Shown in pieces: positions 1 through 8,363 of a stretch of 64,000 bases of DNA. This DNA is from a bacterium (GTDB lineage Bacteria; SZUA-182; DTGQ01; JAFGSM01). A model generated the notes under the pieces. It worked only from the letters and a program-made list of their open reading frames with translations, was not told the DNA's origin and searched no databases. Both the position numbers and the translations under genes were made by a program. How positions within the stretch are numbered: position 1 is the first letter of the stretch; each line of letters opens with the position of its first letter. The stretch is taken from NCBI GenBank assembly GCA_049472315.1, contig JBLIRN010000001.1, positions 96,001 to 160,000 on the forward strand, written 5' to 3'.

Positions 1-397
1 CTTGATGCATCCATGATCGTGCATGAACCTGACAGGCAACCGCACGCATACGTGCTCAATACCCTGTCTTTTACCTCTAATCATAGGAGGTTTCCTGTGT
101 GGTGTCAATCGCGCGGAGGCCGAACCGAATCACTGCCCTAATGATTGATTACATTTTGAACACAAGGCGTTCCCTTTTTGATCGAATGCGCACAAAAGGT
201 CCTGTGACTTTTTCCCTGGAACCCACCGGGGTTGCCTCTTCCTTTGCTCACCATCCATTCCATTCAGGCAACACGCAGCGGAATATGCCCGAACCATTAT
301 CTAATTATATGATATTGTGGTGTGTTCTACTATCGCCTCCCATCATCTTCGCCGTTACCCAAGGCCATCCTTCAAAATCCCCTGCCGAGTGCAAATA

Positions 398-413
398 TGG
401 CACGCAGATTGCT
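398..413 (+). promoter_or_regulatory. sigma54 (RpoN) -24/-12 promoter upstream of the repeat lipoprotein
   Basis: TGGCACG-CAGA-TTGCT, exact match to consensus TGGCACG-N4-TTGCW, intergenic and correctly oriented. Confidence 0.75.
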
Positions 414-547
414 TCCATTTCTTCTTCTTAAGAATGGTAGTTTTTTTGCGCTTGATTGCATATGCCTGAGAGGAAGGTCGCAACGCAGATGAGCGCCTTT
501 GATCGTATGCGGGAAAACCCGCTGTCAATACCATAAAGGGGGTATTC

Positions 548-2062
548 ATGAAGCGAATATACATCATGCTGTCCGTGGTGATAGCACTCTTTGTCCTGTG
601 CGTAATGGGGTGCGGGGGAACCGGCCCCAATGATCCCCTGCAGCCGTTTTCCCAAAATGCAGGGGTCCTGGGAGGGCAGAATTCTGCCGCGGTATATGGT
701 CAACTGGACTCGGAGCTCATGGCAAAAAGCAGGTTGAGACAGGGAACCCCCGGTCCCACCGGTACAGGAGGGGGACCGTCCAATGAGGTTCCAGGAGAAC
801 AGGAGGAAGGAAACGGCCCACCGGATGGGACACCAGGCCCGCCCGAGGAAACCGGGCTGACGCTCCCCGATCTCCCCTTCATGGTGGTGGTGGAGCGCAC
901 CAACCGATACGCGGTGCCGGACCTCAATGGAAATTTTGCAATAGAGCCCTGTCCCCCTGGGGACCATACCCTCGATGTCATAAAAAACGGGGTCATTATT
1001 GCCAGCAAATTCGTCCGTCTTTCACCCAACCAGACCCTCCGGCTGGGCATGCTCTCCCAGACCGAGGAGCGGCAGATGAATTGCCGACACTACGACGGCT
1101 ACACCTTCGGGTGGATCGATGAGGACGGGGACGGGGTGAACGACACATTCTGCGACGCAGACGGGGATGGGATATGCGATATGTCCGGTCAGGCATACTG
1201 TCACGGATATGGGTGGACCGACGAGAACAATGACGGGGTGAACGACAACTTCACGGACGCAGACGGGGATGGGATAAACGACGTCAACGGCCTTGGCTAT
1301 GGATACACCTTCGGTTTTGTGGACAGGGATGGAGACGGAATCAATGACGGGTTCTCGGACGCAGACGGGGACGGGATCTGTGACCAGACCGGCGTCATAT
1401 ATGCCCATGGATTCGGATATAGGGATCATAACAGGGATGGTATAAACGATCGTTTCACCGATGCCGATGGTAACGGTATCAACGACCTCACCGGCAGGCG
1501 CGTGTTGTATGGATACCGATTCGGCTTCGTCGATACGGATGCCGATGGCATCAACGACAATTTCGCCGATGCCGACGGAGACGGGATATGCGACATGGGC
1601 AAACCGTGCGAGGGGATGTCCTATGCCCATGGATTCGGATGGAGCGATGGGAACAACGACGGCATCAACGATAACTTCGCCGATGCCGACGGGGACGGGA
1701 TCAATGATCTCACCGGACGTGCATACAACTTCGGAAGCGACCGTTTCGGATTCAGCGACGTGAACGGGGACGGGAAAAACGACCTGTTCAAGGACGAGAA
1801 TGGTGACGGGATCAATGATCTGTTCACGGATGCCGATGGCGACGGATTCAATGACCTCAATCCCGAGGAGAGCTACCGCCACGGATTCGGCTTTGTAGAT
1901 GACAACGATGACGGGGTCAACGACAACTTCACGGATGCCGATGGCGACGGGGTCAATGACGTGACCGGCGCCACCTTTGGCAACGAAGGGGGACAGTACC
2001 GGGGGGGTAATACCTCTGATGACGATGGCAGGGGACAGTACCGGGGAGGGCAGGGGGCTTAG
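548..2062 (+). CDS. Lipoprotein with tandem Dx[DN]xDG (putative Ca2+-binding) repeats
   Basis: Signal peptide ending VMGC; Pro/Gly linker; small beta domain; eight ~34-aa FG..DxDxDGxND.F.DADGDGIxD units. Confidence 0.85.
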   Translation: MKRIYIMLSVVIALFVLCVMGCGGTGPNDPLQPFSQNAGVLGGQNSAAVYGQLDSELMAKSRLRQGTPGPTGTGGGPSNEVPGEQEEGNGPPDGTPGPPEETGLTLPDLPFMVVVERTNRYAVPDLNGNFAIEPCPPGDHTLDVIKNGVIIASKFVRLSPNQTLRLGMLSQTEERQMNCRHYDGYTFGWIDEDGDGVNDTFCDADGDGICDMSGQAYCHGYGWTDENNDGVNDNFTDADGDGINDVNGLGYGYTFGFVDRDGDGINDGFSDADGDGICDQTGVIYAHGFGYRDHNRDGINDRFTDADGNGINDLTGRRVLYGYRFGFVDTDADGINDNFADADGDGICDMGKPCEGMSYAHGFGWSDGNNDGINDNFADADGDGINDLTGRAYNFGSDRFGFSDVNGDGKNDLFKDENGDGINDLFTDADGDGFNDLNPEESYRHGFGFVDDNDDGVNDNFTDADGDGVNDVTGATFGNEGGQYRGGNTSDDDGRGQYRGGQGA

Positions 2063-2096
2063 CTGATAAGCCCCCGAACATTACCCTCTTGTCTAT

Positions 2097-2321
2097 TCAC
2101 ACGGAGACAACCTCTTTTACCTCGGGGACCCTCTTCTTCAGGTGATTTGTTATCCCAACCCTCAGGGTCATGGTCGACATGGGACATCCCGAGCAGGCAC
2201 CCTTGAGCCTGACCTTGACAACACCGTCATCCACGCCAACCAGTTCAACATCCCCTCCATCTGCCTTCAGGGATGGCCGTATTTCATCCAAAGCATCCTT
2301 AACCTTGTCATAGATTTCCAT
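2097..2321 (-). CDS. NifU-like (NifU C-terminal/Nfu domain) Fe-S carrier protein
   Basis: IRPSLKADGGDVELV...LKGACSGCPMSTMTL; ATG at 2321 with GAGGAGG RBS. Confidence 0.9.
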   Translation of the reverse strand: MEIYDKVKDALDEIRPSLKADGGDVELVGVDDGVVKVRLKGACSGCPMSTMTLRVGITNHLKKRVPEVKEVVSV

Positions 2322-2385
2322 TGCAGCCTCCTCGATTAGTGCTCCGTTAACCTGCCTTGTGCATACAACCTTACTCAAGCCGCAT

Positions 2386-2886
2386 TCAATTCCCGCGATC
2401 AAGACGCCCCTTTTCACCCTGCTGGCGACCGGCGCCGGCACCCGCTCCGCCTCCCCACCAGAGAGGCTCCCCTCGTTTATCGCGCAAGGCAATGCCCTGT
2501 CCGGTATCCCTGTCTTCAATCCTGAACGAGACAAGGATCTTTTGTCCCTCCACCTTCACGGGCACCGCCGAAATGGTCAGGCGCTGCCCCTTCCGGAACG
2601 AGAAACCCTGTTCATGCAGGAAACCGGGAGGGCCCACAAAGACCTTTGCAGAGCCCCATAAGCCTTCCTTGATCATGATGAGGGGCAAATCCATTCCTGT
2701 TACCTCTCCCTTGTACGTTTCCGGTTTGGCATTCCGCGGAGGGACCAACCCCCTGAAACCCAGCCCCCGTGCCTGGGCATAGACGGGACATGGGCATGTC
2801 ATGAGGGATATGATGGCCATGCATACCAGCAGGGCCGATATGCAATGTGGATATACAAGTGATTTTGTCCCGGCCTTCATGTTCAT
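2386..2886 (-). CDS. Exported hypothetical protein, OB-fold-like (MamS/MamX-domain-like)
   Basis: Signal peptide ending VYA; VFVGPPGFLHEQGF...LRDKRGEPLW motif; GAAGGAG RBS before ATG 2886. Confidence 0.6.
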   Translation of the reverse strand: MNMKAGTKSLVYPHCISALLVCMAIISLMTCPCPVYAQARGLGFRGLVPPRNAKPETYKGEVTGMDLPLIMIKEGLWGSAKVFVGPPGFLHEQGFSFRKGQRLTISAVPVKVEGQKILVSFRIEDRDTGQGIALRDKRGEPLWWGGGAGAGAGRQQGEKGRLDRGN

Positions 2887-3179
2887 CGCTCCTTCATGGG
2901 TATACATGACGATAGAAACGAAATGATAATTACACAGAAACAGGATGGTGTCAAATCATTGGGAGTTACGGGCAGGGGGGAAAAAATATGACACCGGGGC
3001 ACAGGGATGGGGATACAATGCAAGTAACACATTGAATAAAAAGATGTTTTTTGTTGAGGCCCCTTCCCTTGTTCTGGCAGCATTATTGCAACTACTGGCT
3101 CATAATCGGCATGGGCAATCATGGCGATTGACCGGGTAAAAGGAACTGAAGGATAGAACAGCGTGAGGCGGAGTTGAAT

Positions 3180-4094
3180 ATGGGACACGATCAGATGGTT
3201 ACAATGCTGGCCCTCATACCGAATCCTTCCTTCTTTGTCGATTCGAACGGAACCATTGCCTATTCAAACAAGGGATTCCATAAGGAATTCGGGAATTTCG
3301 TGGGACAGGGCTATCAATCGTTCCTGATCAATTATGCATGCCAGGACGTGGATACACATACCATCATCCGCTCAAAGAGGGGGCGCCTTTTTCATCTGGA
3401 TCTCCTGCCCTGGGGGCCTGGGCACGAGGGCGCGGGTAAACTGGGCATCCTCAAGGATGTAAGCGAATTAAAACGATTGGAAGGATATGTCCGATATCTG
3501 GAGGAATTGAACAGGGGGTTGAATCGGATCAACCGCGAGCAGCAGAAGATGATTGACAAGCTCAGCCATCAGGCCCTCACTGACGGACTTACCGGCCTCT
3601 ATAACCACCGGCATTTCTGGGAACGGGCGGATGTCGAGCTGAAGCGGGCCAATCGTTATTCAGAGCCCCTGAGCTGCCTTATGATCGATATCGACAATTT
3701 CAAGTGCATCAACGATCACTTCGATCATCAGTTCGGTGATCGTATCCTCAAAAGGATTTCGGAGGCCCTCAAGAGCCCTCTGCGTGCAACGGACATACTG
3801 GCTCGATACGGCGGGGATGAATTCTCCATCCTTCTGCCCAATACCGATTATGACGGCACGCATGTGATCTCCAAAAAAATCATGGAAAGCGTGCGCAGTC
3901 TGGATTTTGAGACGAAAAAGGCATGTTCGCCTCCGGTCACCGTAAGCCTCGGCGTGTCTTCATATCCCATCGACTGCATCAACGCGTCGTCCCAGTTGGT
4001 CGAATACGCGGATACCGCCCTTTATGAGGCCAAGGCACAGGGGAAGGATCGCATCTGCTTCTTTCATGAATTGGCGTCCCTCACCATTCAGTAA
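3180..4094 (+). CDS. Diguanylate cyclase (PAS-like + coiled coil + GGDEF)
   Basis: TDGLTGLYN, MIDIDNFK, RATD I-site, RYGGDEF, ADTALYEAK. Confidence 0.92.
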   Translation: MGHDQMVTMLALIPNPSFFVDSNGTIAYSNKGFHKEFGNFVGQGYQSFLINYACQDVDTHTIIRSKRGRLFHLDLLPWGPGHEGAGKLGILKDVSELKRLEGYVRYLEELNRGLNRINREQQKMIDKLSHQALTDGLTGLYNHRHFWERADVELKRANRYSEPLSCLMIDIDNFKCINDHFDHQFGDRILKRISEALKSPLRATDILARYGGDEFSILLPNTDYDGTHVISKKIMESVRSLDFETKKACSPPVTVSLGVSSYPIDCINASSQLVEYADTALYEAKAQGKDRICFFHELASLTIQ

Positions 4095-4175
4095 AGGGAG
4101 AATAATCTCTCGAAACCCTTGAAGAGCCTTTTATCACACCATCTGTCATTTGTTCGAATCTGTCTTGATTATCCC

Positions 4176-4204
4176 TTTACATTGGGAACGGTAATCTGTA
4201 TAAT
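4176..4204 (+). promoter_or_regulatory. sigma70-type promoter of the polyamine operon
   Basis: TTTACA-17 bp-TATAAT. Confidence 0.65.
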
Positions 4205-4275
4205 ACATCGTTTCATATTTTATAGACCATTCAACCATTCTTTTTTTCACTATTCCACAGGAAGGGGGGTTGAAA

Positions 4276-4704
4276 ATGAAGGCGTTGGGACGTCAGATTT
4301 TGGCGGAATTCTTCGAGTGTGACAGCCAGGTGCTGAACAGCATCGATGCGGTAAAAATGTTTATGCAAGAGGCTGCTGCCATAAGTCAGGCCACTATAGT
4401 CCAAAGCGTTTTTCATATGTTCAATCCCCATGGGGTGAGCGGCGTGGTCATCATCGCTGAATCGCATTTCGCCATACACACCTGGCCTGAATACGGATAT
4501 GCCGCAGTCGACCTCTTTACCTGCGGGGAGCAGGTTGATCCCTGGAAGGCATTCGAATCCCTGAAGGAATCCTTCAAGGCGGCGAAGGTCATGACCATGG
4601 AGATCAAACGGGGACAGTTGGATGTCAAGGGGAAGGAATTACACTATAAACCGCCAATCATAAAGGTCAAAAAGGATCTGATACCCAGCGAGGTATCAGC
4701 ATAG
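4276..4704 (+). CDS. speD: S-adenosylmethionine decarboxylase proenzyme
   Basis: [32 protein letters not shown]. Confidence 0.95.
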   Translation: MKALGRQILAEFFECDSQVLNSIDAVKMFMQEAAAISQATIVQSVFHMFNPHGVSGVVIIAESHFAIHTWPEYGYAAVDLFTCGEQVDPWKAFESLKESFKAAKVMTMEIKRGQLDVKGKELHYKPPIIKVKKDLIPSEVSA

Positions 4705-4710
4705 ATCGCC

Positions 4711-5187
4711 ATGAAAATCAACCACACCGAAACACCGAGGCATTTCTTTTTTGTAAAGGGGACCGCAGAGGGGTATACCCCCCTTAACGCCTTTGATGGC
4801 GCCTTAATCGATGCCGGAGTGGGAAATTTCAACCTGGTCAAGGTAAGCAGCATCATCCCGCCCCGATGCACGGAAATATGTGATCCCTCGATTCCACCCG
4901 GTTCACTGGTGCCTATCGCATATGCATCGATCATCAGCGATATCCCGGGAGAGGTCATATCAGCTGCCGTAGCCGCAGCCCTGCCCGAGGACGAAGAGAG
5001 GCCCGGATTGATCATGGAGTACTCCTCGCGGGGGCACAAGGAGGAGATCGAATCCATCGTCAGGAACATGGCGGAACAAGGGATGGCGAAACGCGGCACC
5101 AGGATTGCGAGGCTTCAAAGCGTCGCTATCGAATCGAAGGTCCAGCACATCGGAGCCGCCTTTGCCGGTGTAATCCTCTGGTATTGA
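4711..5187 (+). CDS. pdaD: Pyruvoyl-dependent arginine decarboxylase
   Basis: [33 protein letters not shown]. Confidence 0.88.
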   Translation: MKINHTETPRHFFFVKGTAEGYTPLNAFDGALIDAGVGNFNLVKVSSIIPPRCTEICDPSIPPGSLVPIAYASIISDIPGEVISAAVAAALPEDEERPGLIMEYSSRGHKEEIESIVRNMAEQGMAKRGTRIARLQSVAIESKVQHIGAAFAGVILWY

Positions 5188-6059
5188 CATTATCGGAGAG
5201 GCAGGGATTTTCAGTGGAACTCTGGTTTACGGAAAAACACACCCCGAATGTAGGGATTACGCTCAGGGTAAAACGCTGTCTTTGTCACAAAGAGACCCCC
5301 TTCCAAAAGCTTGATGTACTCGAGAGCTTCGATTTCGGCAAGGTCCTGGTCCTGGATGGACTGATCATGCTCACCGAACGGGATGAGTTCATCTACCACG
5401 AGATGATCTCCCACGTCCCCCTGGTGGCGCACCCCTGTCCACGAGCGGTCCTCATCATAGGCGGCGGTGACGGAGGAACGGTCAGGGAGGTCTTGAAGCA
5501 TCCGGAGGTCGAACGGATCGACCTGGTTGAGATCGACAGAGAGGTCATCGATGCATCGATCGAGTATTTCCCTGAGGTCAGCCGGGGGTTGAATGATCCG
5601 AAGGCCCACATCTTTGTAGAGGACGGGATACAGTATATCGCCAAGCAGCATAATGTCTATGACGCGGTCATAATCGATTCCACCGACCCCATCGGGCCTG
5701 CAGAAGGGCTCTTTGTTGTCGATTTTTACAGGGATGTGTTCAAGGCCCTGAGGCCTGACGGTATCATGGTCACCCAGAGTGAATCCCCGTTTCAGGATCC
5801 GAAACTCTGGGCCCGCATCTACCGAAATATATCCTCAGCCTTTCCACGGGCGTTTTCATACTGCGCCTGTATTCCCACCTATCCTTCGGGTTTATGGAGC
5901 TTTACCATCGGCTCCAAGACCATCCACCCGGTGGAGGACATCCGGGAGGAATCCGCCCTGCGGGTAAGCCGCACCACCCGTTACTACAACCCCTCATTGC
6001 ACCGAGGCGCCTTCTCTCTGCCCAATTTCCTCACCATGCAGATGGAGAGCACCGCCTGA
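5184..6059 (+). CDS. speE: Polyamine aminopropyltransferase (spermidine synthase family)
   Basis: [37 protein letters not shown] start overlapping pdaD stop (GTG at 5214 is an alternative). Confidence 0.95.
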   Translation: MTLSERQGFSVELWFTEKHTPNVGITLRVKRCLCHKETPFQKLDVLESFDFGKVLVLDGLIMLTERDEFIYHEMISHVPLVAHPCPRAVLIIGGGDGGTVREVLKHPEVERIDLVEIDREVIDASIEYFPEVSRGLNDPKAHIFVEDGIQYIAKQHNVYDAVIIDSTDPIGPAEGLFVVDFYRDVFKALRPDGIMVTQSESPFQDPKLWARIYRNISSAFPRAFSYCACIPTYPSGLWSFTIGSKTIHPVEDIREESALRVSRTTRYYNPSLHRGAFSLPNFLTMQMESTA

Positions 6060-6061
6060 TC

Positions 6062-6916
6062 ATGCATGCCGATTTCGTTCAGCCAACATTCCTGGGGCTG
6101 GGGGGGGCATACACCCATGCCTCGGTGGTCATCCTGGGATGTCCGATGGATGACACCTCTTCCTACAGGCCCGGTTCGCGCTTCGCTCCTCGTGCCGTCA
6201 GGGATGGGTCCCTGGCCGTTGAGACTTACAGCCCCGCCCTGCATGCGGATCTTGAGGAGGTCCCCCTGTCCGACCTCGGGGATCTGGATATTCCCATAGG
6301 CAACAAGGAGCGCGCGCTGGAGCTCATTGCCCGGACCGCACGCCGAATATTCTCCGACGGCAAGATGCCCCTGTCCATCGGAGGAGAGCATCTGGTCAGC
6401 CTCCCCCTGATAAGGGAGTGCACGGGGCATCATCCCGGCCTCAAGGTGCTCCAACTGGATGCGCATGCTGATATGCGGGATGACTATCAGGGTGAGCGGC
6501 TATCGCATGCAACGGTCATGCGCAGGATAACGGAGATCATCGGGCAGGGGAATCTCTGCCAGGTGGGAATCCGCTCGGGGACCAGGGATGAATTCGCCTT
6601 CATGAAGGGAATCGGCAGCCTCTATGGATGGGACCCCGGGGAGATATCCCGGGTGAGAACGGCGCTCAATGGCTCCCCCTGCTATATCTCCCTGGATCTC
6701 GACATCCTCGACCCGGGGATTTTCCCGGCGACAGGGGCTCCCGAACCGGGGGGCCTCACCTTCACCCAGCTTGCGGAAACACTCTATGCGTTGAAGGGCC
6801 TCCGGGTGGTAGGAATCGATGTCAACGAATACAATCCCCTCCTGGATCATTCAGGACACTGCTCCATCACCGCCGCAAAGCTTATCCGGGAGCTTATCCT
6901 CCTATTCGGCTCCTGA
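6062..6916 (+). CDS. speB: Agmatinase / ureohydrolase
   Basis: RPGSRFAP, GGEHL, DAHAD, SHAT, DLDILDP, PEPGG; ATG at 6062. Confidence 0.93.
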   Translation: MHADFVQPTFLGLGGAYTHASVVILGCPMDDTSSYRPGSRFAPRAVRDGSLAVETYSPALHADLEEVPLSDLGDLDIPIGNKERALELIARTARRIFSDGKMPLSIGGEHLVSLPLIRECTGHHPGLKVLQLDAHADMRDDYQGERLSHATVMRRITEIIGQGNLCQVGIRSGTRDEFAFMKGIGSLYGWDPGEISRVRTALNGSPCYISLDLDILDPGIFPATGAPEPGGLTFTQLAETLYALKGLRVVGIDVNEYNPLLDHSGHCSITAAKLIRELILLFGS

Positions 6917-6943
6917 ACCGCCAATCCCCCGGTAATTGGCGTT

Positions 6944-6982
6944 CTTACATACCTAAGCCCCCGTGAGGCTTAGGTATGTAAG
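6944..6982. terminator. Perfect 16-bp stem hairpin between convergent speB and lpxC
   Basis: CTTACATACCTAAGCC-7 nt-GGCTTAGGTATGTAAG; no strong U-tract. Confidence 0.55.
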
Positions 6983-7052
6983 GCAAAAGAGATGAAAATC
7001 GGGGAGAAACTGCTGACCACCCGACAGAGGATGCGCTGTGGAACGCCCTGTT

Positions 7053-8000
7053 TCAGGCCAGATTGACCGTCAAGTCCTTCGGGGCAAAATTCGTTTGTAA
7101 TTCAACACCTGCCAACGCCGGCAATTCGGCCTCCCTTTCATGTTCCTCGAAGGTGACCAGTTCCCAGCGGTTGGGATTCCTGAGTATCTTATCCGCCAGT
7201 GAGGCATGCAACCCGTGCCCTGTCTTGTAGGCAACCACATGCCCGATCACCGGATAACCGAGGAGATACAGGTCTCCCATGGCATCGATGATCTTGTGGC
7301 ATACAAATTCATCCGGATAGCGGAGATTGCCGTTCAGGATCCTGAAATCATCAATAACCACGGCATTATCCAGCGATCCCCCCTTGGTAAGTCCCCTTTT
7401 TCGCAACTCCTTTATGTCGCTGAGAAAACCGAACGTCCTCGCACGGGATATCTTCTTGGAAAAATTTTCCTCATTGCACACATACGAGGCACGCTGGGTG
7501 CCGATGACGGGATGATTAAAGGATATCTCGTAGGTTATCCTGAAGTCATCTTCAGGAACGATCTTGATGAACTTGTCATTGTCCCCGACCTTTATGGCCC
7601 GCTTGATCCGCAGGTATTGTCGGGGACGATCCTGGGGGAGTATCCCAGCCTCATGAATCAGGAAGACGAAGGGAACCGCGCTGCCGTCCATGATGGGGAT
7701 CTCGGAGGAATCGATTTCCACGATGACATTGTCGATTCCCAGGCCCATCAGGGCGGCCAGCAGATGTTCCACTGTCTGCACCTCATACCCGTTCTCGCAC
7801 AGTGTGGAGGCATAGTTGACATTGTTCAGGTTGCGTATATGGGCCCTTATCACGCACTGATGACTGATATCGACCCGTTTGAATATGATGCCGGTATCAG
7901 CCGGGGCCGGTTTCAGGTTCATTCTGACCTTTTTCCCGCTGTGCAGGCCGATGCCCGAACATCCTATGTCCGTTTTAATCGTTTGTTGGTACACGTTCAT
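7053..8000 (-). CDS. lpxC: UDP-3-O-acyl-N-acetylglucosamine deacetylase
   Basis: GIGLHSG, TVEHLLAA, PIMDGS, ARTFGF, HKIIDAMGDL. Confidence 0.96.
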   Translation of the reverse strand: MNVYQQTIKTDIGCSGIGLHSGKKVRMNLKPAPADTGIIFKRVDISHQCVIRAHIRNLNNVNYASTLCENGYEVQTVEHLLAALMGLGIDNVIVEIDSSEIPIMDGSAVPFVFLIHEAGILPQDRPRQYLRIKRAIKVGDNDKFIKIVPEDDFRITYEISFNHPVIGTQRASYVCNEENFSKKISRARTFGFLSDIKELRKRGLTKGGSLDNAVVIDDFRILNGNLRYPDEFVCHKIIDAMGDLYLLGYPVIGHVVAYKTGHGLHASLADKILRNPNRWELVTFEEHEREAELPALAGVELQTNFAPKDLTVNLA

Positions 8001-8130
8001 TGCTTTTCCTTTGCTGTTAGGAATCCCTATCCTTCCCCTTTTTCCTTTGTATCCCCTACGGTTATGCCCTTATACAGGCGGCTTCGACGCCCTGCGTGAC
8101 ACAAATAAACCAATAAAGCTATTTTTATAA

Positions 8131-8146
8131 AGCAATCCCCATACCA
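8131..8146 (-). promoter_or_regulatory. Putative sigma54 promoter upstream of lpxC
   Basis: Minus strand TGGTATG-GGGA-TTGCT (GG-N10-GC spacing). Confidence 0.5.
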
Positions 8147-8363
8147 CATGACTCCCTGACAATGAGTTTTCATTATAACTAATTGATTTTACTATCAATA
8201 AAACCTCGCATCGATGCCGAGCCACGGCCGATCACCGTCCTGTTTCTGTGTAGTTTCGACCTTACTCCCCTGGCCGGGAGGGATAAATGCTGAAATTCCA
8301 TTAAAAAACAATAGAATAGATTGTATATTTTACTATACACCGTCATGTCGCCCCATGCCCTGC

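Noticed and set aside
1..84. Possible minus-strand gene start (MIRGKRQGIEHVCVRLPVRF...) running off the window, faintly PilZ-like
   Set aside because: Only 28 codons visible, no RxxxR motif and a weak RBS
160..240. c-di-GMP-I riboswitch-like ending (CCGGGGTTGCC)
   Set aside because: The GGCAAA/GNRA/GACGCAAA core is absent
1090..1980. Repeats as a CRISPR array
   Set aside because: In-frame coding repeats with synonymous variation, no unique spacers, no cas genes
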